The translations under genes were made by a program, and so were the position numbers. A stretch of DNA of 64,000 nt from positions 609,115-673,114 of the IMG/VR virus record IMGVR_UViG_3300021431_000075; one strand, written 5' to 3'. Each line of letters opens with the position of its first letter. The stretch's first letter is position 1. The notes under the pieces are model-generated. The model was given only the letters and a program-made list of their open reading frames with translations. It did no database searches and was not told where the DNA came from. Shown here piece by piece: positions 28,117-37,800 of the stretch. Source of the stretch: a virus (Duplodnaviria > Caudoviricetes).

Positions 28117-30210
28117 ATGGCTAAGAACAAGACTCCATTGCTGCGTCCATTAAGAGAACAAGGCGCGACGCTATATGTTTTTCCATCCGCAACAGAAGAC
28201 ATCGGTCTCAACATAAACAACGGAACAACCGGCGTTGCTCTGTCGCACTATGCGCTGATGAACTTCAACAGCAACAACACGAAGTTCGACTTCAGCACGT
28301 CACAAAGCCTGCTTGATCTTGCAAAGAGTCTGCAGAACTACGCGATGAACTTCGAGACAGCAGTGCTGAACCAGCCGAACTATAACTTCCAAGAGCCGTA
28401 CACCGTATCGGAGCATGTTTTCTGGCGATGGGTTGAGCATATACAGAAAACCGATTCAAAGGTTTTCAACGAAACGGAAATCGGAACGACCGGCTTGTAT
28501 AGGGAAGTGAACTACAAGTCGTCAGACACGAACAGGCTTGTCCAGTGCTTCGGTTCCATCGACGCGGGAAACTCGCTTTCAACCGACTTCGGAATGTTCA
28601 ACGAGACATATGTGAACATCCCGACAAGCTACGGCAACGGTCCTGTATTCTTTAGAAAAGTAACGAACAATCCGAACTTTGTGGCAGGTTCGTTCGTGGC
28701 GGCAAGTTCTAAAATTGAAGGAAGAAATGATGATGTCGGATATCTCGGTTCGATAAATTCAGAGTTTGATTCAAACGAAACGAACAATTACAGCATAAAA
28801 ACACCTTATGAAATCGTCAAGGACGTTCAGTCCATTCAGGCGGCTCTCCGCACACTATCCGGAGACAGCACTCTTTCCATATCTTCATATGACGATGTCA
28901 ATATCGACGCAGACGGAATCCTGAAAACAATCACAGAATCGAACGGTTCCGTATTTCCTTATGACATGTCAGAGAAGTGCGAGTTCAAGTTCAACGCGAT
29001 TCTCCTGTACTACTCGATTTATGACCTGAATGATGTTTACAAGCAGGCTATCGCCACGAACCTGTTCGGAATCGTTTTCCTGAACAACACGTCATCCGCT
29101 CCGTTCCTGACTCCGATGACAAAGAAGAAGTCGTACAACGGAAAGAGCAATGACAATGCGTATTTCGGAAACAGCTACTCGTTCAGAATCAATATCAAGA
29201 CGCTTTCCGTATATGACAACACGGATGCGAAGATTGATGACAATACGACCACGACATCTGCATACTCTGTCGATTTCAACGATGTCATATCGAACCTGAA
29301 CCGCGCAATCGACTCGATGAACACGAATGTCCAGACAACCCGTGCCATCCAAGACAACTACATGAGGATTCTCACGTACTACAACGAGGCAAAGGAGAAG
29401 ATTGAGTCTATCGAAGTCAAACTAAACAACAAGTTGTCAGATGGAATCTCTGATGCAATCGTCCAGATAAGCTCGGATATCGACGACCAGATAACAGCAA
29501 GACTTGTCGAACTCGGTCTCATCGACACAAGCAATCTGTCTTCTGACATGACAGAGACCATCAACGAGGGAAGCAGCCGGGGAGTACAGACTTATGGAAC
29601 GGCTCCGACATCTTATGCAGCGCCGAAGTCACTGAATATGCAAGGCAATTCCCTTGAAGGAGAACTCACCGGTTCCAGAGTCAATATCATATCCGCATCC
29701 GACACGAATGTCAAGGCTAACAACACTGTCAACATAACGGGAAAGAACATCGTTTTCAACGTCCAGTTGTCAAATGGAGAGTATGTAAGCATTCCGCTTG
29801 TCAATATTCTTGAAAAACTCAATATGCTAAAGAACTCCATCGATGACTTTGCAGAAAACATAGAGTTTGTCGATGATGACACTATAACATATGAGTCTGC
29901 AGCAAACATCGTGGATGATATGCAGGAAGCGCAGGAAAATCCGAAAACAGAAGAAAGAACAGCGGCAATCAAGTCTCTGTTCGACACGGTTGCAGTTCCG
30001 ATTGCCGGATTGCTTGTTCCATATGCAAAGAAGCCGACAGAAGCCGGCTTATATCTCAAGAAGAACACTGCCGGCAACATAGCGAACATCACACACTTCG
30101 ACGGAAACGACTATACACTGACAGACAAGTGCATCAGCGGAAAGATGTACATCATGGACGGTCTTGTCTATGTGTTCAACGGCGAAACTTGCAAGCCGCT
30201 TGGTGAATAA
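28117..30210 (+). CDS. Putative baseplate/tail structural protein
   Basis: 697 aa with central coiled coil; structural context. Confidence 0.6.
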   Translation: MAKNKTPLLRPLREQGATLYVFPSATEDIGLNINNGTTGVALSHYALMNFNSNNTKFDFSTSQSLLDLAKSLQNYAMNFETAVLNQPNYNFQEPYTVSEHVFWRWVEHIQKTDSKVFNETEIGTTGLYREVNYKSSDTNRLVQCFGSIDAGNSLSTDFGMFNETYVNIPTSYGNGPVFFRKVTNNPNFVAGSFVAASSKIEGRNDDVGYLGSINSEFDSNETNNYSIKTPYEIVKDVQSIQAALRTLSGDSTLSISSYDDVNIDADGILKTITESNGSVFPYDMSEKCEFKFNAILLYYSIYDLNDVYKQAIATNLFGIVFLNNTSSAPFLTPMTKKKSYNGKSNDNAYFGNSYSFRINIKTLSVYDNTDAKIDDNTTTTSAYSVDFNDVISNLNRAIDSMNTNVQTTRAIQDNYMRILTYYNEAKEKIESIEVKLNNKLSDGISDAIVQISSDIDDQITARLVELGLIDTSNLSSDMTETINEGSSRGVQTYGTAPTSYAAPKSLNMQGNSLEGELTGSRVNIISASDTNVKANNTVNITGKNIVFNVQLSNGEYVSIPLVNILEKLNMLKNSIDDFAENIEFVDDDTITYESAANIVDDMQEAQENPKTEERTAAIKSLFDTVAVPIAGLLVPYAKKPTEAGLYLKKNTAGNIANITHFDGNDYTLTDKCISGKMYIMDGLVYVFNGETCKPLGE

Positions 30211-30253
30211 CCGTCTCATAATCAATAAATACAAAAAATTATTCGATCGAATA

Positions 30254-33200
30254 ATGTCCAATATCAACAGTTTTTCCCAAAACATATCACAGACAGTTAC
30301 GAACAGCGCGAACACGCTGTCAATGCTCACCGCTATCCAGAAAAGCCTGAGCACGAACGACACCGTAACGACCTTCGACTATGATGACGGAAAAGGAAAT
30401 ACTATCCAGTACCAGTTGCCGAGCTACGACGCGGTCGTGAACAGGCTCAAGGCTGTCGAGGAGTCTCTCAACAACCTTGTTGCCGGAAAGGGGACAGTGA
30501 ACCTGAACGACGGTTCCAGACGCTCGATTACGCTTTCTACTATTCCGACAACTCCAGCACAGATAACAGGACTTGCAGATCCTTCGACATTCACGATAGA
30601 CAGCAACTGGTTCTTTGAAGAACTGATGTTTCCGGGAGCGCAGGTCGAGATTGACCTGACCGGACAGATAGATGACACTTCTGACAGAGTCAAGGTCGTG
30701 AGAGTCATTCTCAACGCGCAGGATGACGATGCCACGACTTTCTGGAACACGACTCTTGCAAGCAACAGCTATTCATATCCTGACTTAAGACAAGAACTCA
30801 CGAACAACGGAATCGCTTATTCGATTGACGAAGAGGTCGTTCAGATGCCGCTTGTCAGCAACCAAGTGAACGGAACGTTCCAGATTACAGATGACCCGAT
30901 TGTCATCAACGGCAACGTCTGGTATCCGATTGACACAATATCGTACTCGACGATAGACAATGACGGTGTCAATGTCGGTCAGAACAACATCCTGTCAATC
31001 GGAGACAGGCTCAGCTACTCTGACTCTATATTCGAGATAGTCGAGATAGACCAGAACAACAACAGAATTAGAATCAAGAAAGTGAGCGGCGCAGAGATGC
31101 CCGGAACCTTCTCGATGCTGCATTTCTACCAAGACCCGTTCAGAAACAAGACTCTCAAGGTCAGATTCGGCGCGCATGAATATGACATCATCTACTTCAA
31201 GGGAATCAGCGAGAACTACAACCTGCTTGCAGACGAATGGTCAACACCTGTCAAGTTCGCATCAGACGACCTTGTCCTTTCCGGCACTTCCGGACTCCAG
31301 CAGACGAACTTCTCGTCATATTACCAGCAGTATGTGGTGGACTGGGGCAGGGAGATGATAGCGGAAGCAAAGGAGCGCAGGGTTTCTGCATACTACGGAA
31401 ACATTCCGAACACTCCGACACTCAATGCCGACGATTTCCGCGTCGTTCAAATCAACACGCAAATCAATGCGGCAATCGACACGACTGATGTAAAGAACAC
31501 AGCTGCTGAAATAGAAAGCGTCAAGTCCCAGATAGCATCTCTTAAAAGCACGATTGCCGCTCAAAAGACAGACCTGCAGTCTGCCGTGAACCTATACACA
31601 TACAACTCGATTCAAGAGCAAATTTCAACCAACACGACAGACCTGAACAATCTTCAGACCACATACACCACGCTTGTTAACAGCTTCCAGACAATCGTAA
31701 GGGAAAATGCTGCAATCACAGCGGTTCCGAAATACCACATCAGAGGCTTCTTCCCTATTCCGGACTACAAGTTCAGGGACGAGGAAGAAACAAGTCCGGA
31801 AATCATCATCGGTTTCGACATAGCATACCGATACATCAAGGAAGACGACACTGCGACACAACTCAACACGTTCACATATACGAACACGGACGGCTCGGAA
31901 ACCACGGGAACATTCACAGACTGGATTCTTACGCAGAGTTCGTTGAAAACGATGAAGTATGATAACGATTTGCAAAGATATGTCTGGGTTGACGAGAACG
32001 TGGCAGACGGAACCGAGACGAACATCAACCAGATAGACATCGCAATCAACAAGGGAGAGAAGGTGCAAATCAAGGTCCGCTCCATTTCAGAAGCCGGTTA
32101 TCCAAGAAACCCTCTCCGCTCGGACTGGTCGAATGTCGTGACCGTTGACTTTCCAAGCACGCTTGCAACAAGCAACGAGATTGCAGACTTGATTAAGGAA
32201 GTCAACGACGATGCATTGACAATCACAATCAACAACAATCTTGATTCCGCCGGCGTCACAGAGCACTTGGATGACACGATTCCGAACAGCAATTCTGTAA
32301 ACGGTCTCTACTTCAAGCATCAGGCAAAGAACATCGCTTATGAGGAGAGCATGACAACAGACGGAACAACTGTCGTGAACTCAATCAGTCTGCAGGACAA
32401 GATTTCGCAACTGTTCACGAAAATATCCGACAACTCGTTCAATGTTTCCACAAACGAGACTGCAATCAACGACATCCGTTCAGAGATGCATGAGAAGCAT
32501 TCGCAGTACGAGGAAAGCATATCAAGCATCAACGCTCTTGACGAAGTCCAGAATGCGAGCATCAATCTCAACACTTCCAAGATAGACTCAATCAGAACAG
32601 ACAGAGGTTATGTCAAGACAGAGAGAGTCATCATGACAAACGACGAAGGAACCGGAAAGGTTTCTGTCACCCCGATGGGAATGAACGAACTGTTTGTCAT
32701 CGACTCTTCGACAACAGACACGACATCACTCGTGCCAATCCATGCGAAAGATGTTTTCATACACAAGAGCGGCTCGCTTGTCGATTCGATTTCAGTAACA
32801 TCAGAGATAGAAAGACTCAATGAAAACACATCTTCGAACCTTGACAAGATTAACGACATCAATGCAAGCATCAGTCGTGTGAACGACAGGCTTACAGACA
32901 TAAACAACCTGCACACGCTGGACGTGAGCCTTTTGCGTGCCGAGCATGTCGAACTGCAGGAAGAAGTCGCGTCATTCCATGAGAAGTCAACGAACGAGGC
33001 TCTGTTCAACACGATGTATCTCGGTTACAAGTTCTCAGCGACCGCAACGCAGACTCCTAAGACGAAGCTCTCGACAAACGACGCGACCGGTATGCTCTAT
33101 GTATATGACGGTCAGTCTGAAGAGCAGCTCGGAATCGTCAATGCGGAAGACTTCAAGATATACACGAACGGTTATCTCTCAGGAAACGTTGTCTCGATGA

Positions 33201-34321
33201 GCGAGGTTGCAGAAGTCGTAACAGACCATGACAATGACATCAACACGATTCAAGACAACATCGGAAGCATCAACGACACCCTTTCAAAGATTTCATACAA
33301 GGTCAGCGACCAAGACATGCAGGTCCGCGGAAACTCCATGAACATAACCGGGAAGGGAACTATATCCACAGTCAGCTGCACGGATTTCGAAGTCACGAAC
33401 GGAAACGCTTTGTGGGTTGCGAACGGAACCAATACGGCACAGCTTGTAGATGGTCACTTCAAGAACATATACCTGCATGAAGCCGGTCAGAAAAGTTCTT
33501 CAGCATTGAACATGCTTGGTGAAATCAAGAATGCATCTACTGTAATAACAGAGCATGAAGATATTCTTAACGGAGTTGGCGGATTGACGGAAATTCACCA
33601 ATATGTTGATAATGAGCACATTCTCAAAAACATAACAGAAATTATATCCGAAACGACAAGAACAAACGGATTGTCTGTTGAAGAAGATAATGTTCCGATG
33701 AGCGGTGCCACATTCAAGGCATATGGTTCCAATGTCATCCTCACGTCCAACTTGAACGGAAATTCAGACGAATATGCTCCGCTTGTCGTTCAAGATGTCG
33801 TTTTGAAAGCAAACGCGAATGCAAGCGAGACAAGACTTCAGGACTATATAACGAACACATTGACTCCTGCGCTTGAAGTCACGAACATGTCAAAGGAAAT
33901 GTTCAATGCGTCTGCCGGAAACGCATCAACGAACCTGAACCTGCACGGTGTGACTGTCAACAGCAACTTCAATATCGTACAGCCGACGAATCCGAACTCC
34001 GGATACCAGATTTCAAGAATGTCATACTTTCCAAACGCGAACGGCGGCAACGGCGTATATTTCAGCGACATATCACCGACCGGCGAGGAAAGACCCGGTT
34101 CCATCAAGTGCGGAAGTCTGTATGCGAACCAGATATTCTATGAAAGTGGAAATGAAACGCAAAGTCTCGACAGTTTCATTAGAGACATAGTTCCATTAGA
34201 CACACAGACAAGAATCAATGAGATAGTAAACATATTAAGAAGCATGGTAACAGATGCATCTCTTTCTGCACACATAAGTCCAACTTTAAAGCAAAGACTC
34301 AATCAATTGGGAAATTTATAA
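30254..34321 (+). CDS. Large putative tail/baseplate protein with coiled-coil and fibre-like C-terminus
   Basis: Likely start MSNINSF at 30254 after AATAAATA (30224). Confidence 0.65.
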   Translation: MSNINSFSQNISQTVTNSANTLSMLTAIQKSLSTNDTVTTFDYDDGKGNTIQYQLPSYDAVVNRLKAVEESLNNLVAGKGTVNLNDGSRRSITLSTIPTTPAQITGLADPSTFTIDSNWFFEELMFPGAQVEIDLTGQIDDTSDRVKVVRVILNAQDDDATTFWNTTLASNSYSYPDLRQELTNNGIAYSIDEEVVQMPLVSNQVNGTFQITDDPIVINGNVWYPIDTISYSTIDNDGVNVGQNNILSIGDRLSYSDSIFEIVEIDQNNNRIRIKKVSGAEMPGTFSMLHFYQDPFRNKTLKVRFGAHEYDIIYFKGISENYNLLADEWSTPVKFASDDLVLSGTSGLQQTNFSSYYQQYVVDWGREMIAEAKERRVSAYYGNIPNTPTLNADDFRVVQINTQINAAIDTTDVKNTAAEIESVKSQIASLKSTIAAQKTDLQSAVNLYTYNSIQEQISTNTTDLNNLQTTYTTLVNSFQTIVRENAAITAVPKYHIRGFFPIPDYKFRDEEETSPEIIIGFDIAYRYIKEDDTATQLNTFTYTNTDGSETTGTFTDWILTQSSLKTMKYDNDLQRYVWVDENVADGTETNINQIDIAINKGEKVQIKVRSISEAGYPRNPLRSDWSNVVTVDFPSTLATSNEIADLIKEVNDDALTITINNNLDSAGVTEHLDDTIPNSNSVNGLYFKHQAKNIAYEESMTTDGTTVVNSISLQDKISQLFTKISDNSFNVSTNETAINDIRSEMHEKHSQYEESISSINALDEVQNASINLNTSKIDSIRTDRGYVKTERVIMTNDEGTGKVSVTPMGMNELFVIDSSTTDTTSLVPIHAKDVFIHKSGSLVDSISVTSEIERLNENTSSNLDKINDINASISRVNDRLTDINNLHTLDVSLLRAEHVELQEEVASFHEKSTNEALFNTMYLGYKFSATATQTPKTKLSTNDATGMLYVYDGQSEEQLGIVNAEDFKIYTNGYLSGNVVSMSEVAEVVTDHDNDINTIQDNIGSINDTLSKISYKVSDQDMQVRGNSMNITGKGTISTVSCTDFEVTNGNALWVANGTNTAQLVDGHFKNIYLHEAGQKSSSALNMLGEIKNASTVITEHEDILNGVGGLTEIHQYVDNEHILKNITEIISETTRTNGLSVEEDNVPMSGATFKAYGSNVILTSNLNGNSDEYAPLVVQDVVLKANANASETRLQDYITNTLTPALEVTNMSKEMFNASAGNASTNLNLHGVTVNSNFNIVQPTNPNSGYQISRMSYFPNANGGNGVYFSDISPTGEERPGSIKCGSLYANQIFYESGNETQSLDSFIRDIVPLDTQTRINEIVNILRSMVTDASLSAHISPTLKQRLNQLGNL

Positions 34322-34339
34322 TTTGATAAAAATTAAAAG

Positions 34340-34370
34340 AAAAAGAGATGCACGATTTGCACCTCTTTTT
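34340..34370. terminator. Intrinsic terminator
   Basis: AAAAAGAGATGCA/TGCACCTCTTTTT. Confidence 0.7.
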
Positions 34371-34431
34371 CTTTCTTTACAAGTTCAAAAAGCAACATAT
34401 TCTTTCTTTACAAGTTCAAAAAGCAACATAT
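34370..34431. repeat. Perfect 31-bp tandem duplication
   Basis: TCTTTCTTTACAAGTTCAAAAAGCAACATAT x2. Confidence 0.95.
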
Positions 34432-34680
34432 CTGCTTTTCAAAATAAATAGTTCCGTAGAACATAGAAATTCATAGAATCCCGTATGTTTACTTTCTTTT
34501 GACGATTCATCGGTGACTTGGTACTCACAAGACCGTTCATTAAATGAACGCGTTTTCCTATAGGTCATCTCCACGTCCCGTCTCCCCGAACTCAGGGGCA
34601 GCCCGGACTGTCGGACTCCGGGAAATCCAGAGACAGCTTAATGTCTCTACGAGTTTATAAAGAACAATGACAGAGAATCT
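34415..34680 (-). ncRNA. Structured ncRNA resembling a TnpB (IS605/IS607) omega-RNA, orphan
   Basis: No ORF; dedicated promoter (34687-34716) and terminator (34418-34439); CCCC-TGAGTTC-GGGG hairpin, GACG-TGGAG-ATGAC...GTCAC-CGATGAAT-CGTC-AAAAGAA core, loop AGTTC complementary to terminal GAACT. Confidence 0.65.
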
Positions 34681-34686
34681 ACATAA

Positions 34687-34716
34687 GTATACTACAAGAT
34701 GACAAAATAGTTTAAA
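34687..34716 (-). promoter_or_regulatory. Phage promoter class TTTAAAC-N17-GTATAC driving the ncRNA
   Basis: TTTAAACTATTTTGTCATCTTGTAGTATAC. Confidence 0.75.
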
Positions 34717-34845
34717 AAACTTCAATGTTTTTTTGATAGCATATTAAATGAAATTAGTTAATAAATACTATACAAAAATAATAAATTCTTGTGGTTTTGC
34801 ATCATATGTACAAAGCCATTTAAAGAACCACATCATTACATTGCA

Positions 34846-37800
34846 ATGAGCGAGATTAAATGCATATTGACACTTGAGAAAAGAACGCTTGTCGTTGACT
34901 TCACATCACTATTCGGAAAAGACGCGCAGTTCGGAAACACACTGTCGATAACCGTAGATTCAACTACTAATGAAATGTTCAACCAGTATGTCAACGGAAG
35001 CGAGGACGGAACTGTCAAGTCGCATCTGTTCATCAACGGAGTCAGGTTCAGCGACCTTAACGGTTCGGACAACACGAGAACCATTGATTATCCATCAGAC
35101 ACACAAAGGCACATTGCAACAGTAAGCATAGAACCGGATTCCATATATTTCGCAGAAGGAGACTTGACGCTCTCGTTCGGAAGCGAATACACGGTCAAGG
35201 TCAACATATCGGACAATGACACGCAGACGATAGAAAGCCGCTCGTTCACAGCAAACCAGCTTGACATGACTCTCGAGACATACATGCTTGTCAGAACGAA
35301 CCCGAAACTTTCCGGAAACATCAAGCTCGTCGTCGATAGCAAGTACAGGCTTTACCTTGACACGATAAAGGACAGCGGCTCGTCCATGCTGAACGACCGC
35401 GTGTACAGAAAGTATCCGATTTCGTCAGAAGGAAACTATCCGTTCGACGTGATGACCGTGTTCTCAAGCCTTCCGAAAAGCGAACTGTTCAAGCTTCCGA
35501 AAGACTCGCTGAATCCTCACAAGAACTTCAACGACTACAAGAACCAGTTCTTCACGAACTACGAATACGGCGCAGAGACGAACACGGACAACCTGTATCC
35601 GGAAAACATGAAGATTCTTGCCCCGATCCATATCGGAAAGACGATTCCGGACTTCTTCACCATATTCAGATATGACGGAACGTTCAATGAAGAGACATAC
35701 GGTTCTGTCGATATAAACGATACAGAAAAACTGATTTCATTGCTCAAGGAATCGGAAGTCGTGAAGATTTTCGACCTCAGGACATATACGCCAATCGGTC
35801 AGTACCTGAACAACTACAAGAAATACATCAAGGATTTCCTATACGGTTCCTGTCACTTGCAGTTTATCGAGCAAGACAATGAGAAGTACGGTCAGAACTA
35901 CAGACAGGGCAACAACTCTTGGAGAGGCATCGCAATCGACAAGGGAATCATCACGAACAAGATAGAGACTTCGTATTTCGGAAACAACATACTAACTTCC
36001 GAACTCGGAGTTCAGGAAAGGTTTGACGAGTACATCATCAACGGCTATGAGAGAAACAACATCCTGTACCCGTACATCATCAACCTTGAGTTCATGTTCA
36101 ATGACGAGAAAACCGAAGAGTACTCAATGCACAGGTACTTCGGTCTGTACCTCAGCTCGAACAGTTTCCTCAACTACGACTGCATCGTGACTGACAACCA
36201 CAAGGGAAACAACGTGGTCCACAAGTATGACAAGAACGACAATGAAATCTATGACGCGGGAATCATCGACTCGATTTTCAACAAGAAGTTCGCAGACCGC
36301 ATCTTCTTCATGACAACAAACAACGACGCGACAAGAATACAAAGCAACGATGATGTCAAGAAGTTCATCAGCAACTATGTCATCGACAACCCGGACAAGA
36401 ACATCTGCAACGTGCGTGCCGACAAGGTTGACTGGGAAGACGAGGACAAGTCGTTCATAACCCTGAACTTCACAGAGCCGATTGAATACGGCGAACACCT
36501 GAGAATCGTCGCTCTTGACTATTACAATGAAATCGAGAAGAAATTCCAGAACATCTGCCTTGAAATCATCGCTTCCAATGACGCGAGACTGATTTCAACA
36601 GACTACAACATATCTCCGTACATATACACGAACGAGCCGCTCATCAACAAAGTGCAGGAGAACCAGACAGAAAACAACATATACAGACTGTCTTTCTATA
36701 CGCAGGACTTGGCAGATGCATCAAAGCCAGCTTCTCTACAAGAACAGTTATCGAGAATAAGGCACTGCATCGACAAGTTCGACATGTTTGCAAAGGTGGA
36801 ATCAATGAACGAGAACACCATCGGAATCTCATCAATGCATGACAAGACTTTCTTCCAGCACATCGCAAAGATGAACAAGTATCCGGAGCCGGCATACGAG
36901 AAGTTCTACATCAAGGATGACAAGCTATACTACACCGGCGAACAGAGCATAGAGAACAATCAGTCATCATACATCATAGACATCAGGGACGCGCTCGGAT
37001 GCGAATGCGAGCATATCGGTCAGGACAATAGTGAAATTCATAGCGGAAACACAGTCAATAATGTTTTCTACTCAAAGGACAATGACATCGAAAACAGCAA
37101 GATAGCAACATATGTAGAGTACAAGTCCAATGAAGTGAAAGATACCATCAGATACTTCTCCAAGACATTCGACAGCCTTATGCATCCTCTGTCTCCGGAC
37201 TCTTACTACTACTATAGCAAGTTTGCAACATTCTCCACATTCAGTTTCGATGTTCTTGGATGGAGATACTCGAACATTGTGGAATTCAAGAAGATAAGCG
37301 ACTTCAAGCATCCTTATGTCATATATGATGACATCGAAAGCATATTGAAAGTCGTAAGGCATCCTCTGACAAAATGCATCACCGGTCAGTTCGAGACGAT
37401 GAACAAGATTGGCATCAACACCGGATACTTGACAGACAATCCGCTTGTTCTTATCGGCAACGACACGATGACCCAGAAACTCAAGTTCACAGAATCCGAG
37501 TATAATCTTATCGTGTGTCCGTACAACGTGGACAAGACAGTCATAGATTTCGCCATAGAGCCGCTTCTTGTGAACTACATGCTCGGTCTCTACAATCCGG
37601 AATCTGCAGACCTGTGCATCATGGGCATATTCAATGTCAAGGATATGGACCTGACAATCGACATGAACCAGTCTGTGAACATCACAAGTTCGGACCAGAT
37701 GTTCATCAAAGCTGGCGATACCGTATATACGAACAACCGTAACGATGACAGGATTCTCCACAACATCGTATATAAGATTGACAGCGGTTCTTTCAACGAG

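Noticed and set aside
34450-34660. RNase P, hammerhead, tRNA or tmRNA identity for the structured RNA
   Set aside because: AGTCCGGGC lacks the GAGGAAAGUCC context, CCGATGA is not CUGANGA with a proper GAAA, and there is no T-arm or CCA signature.
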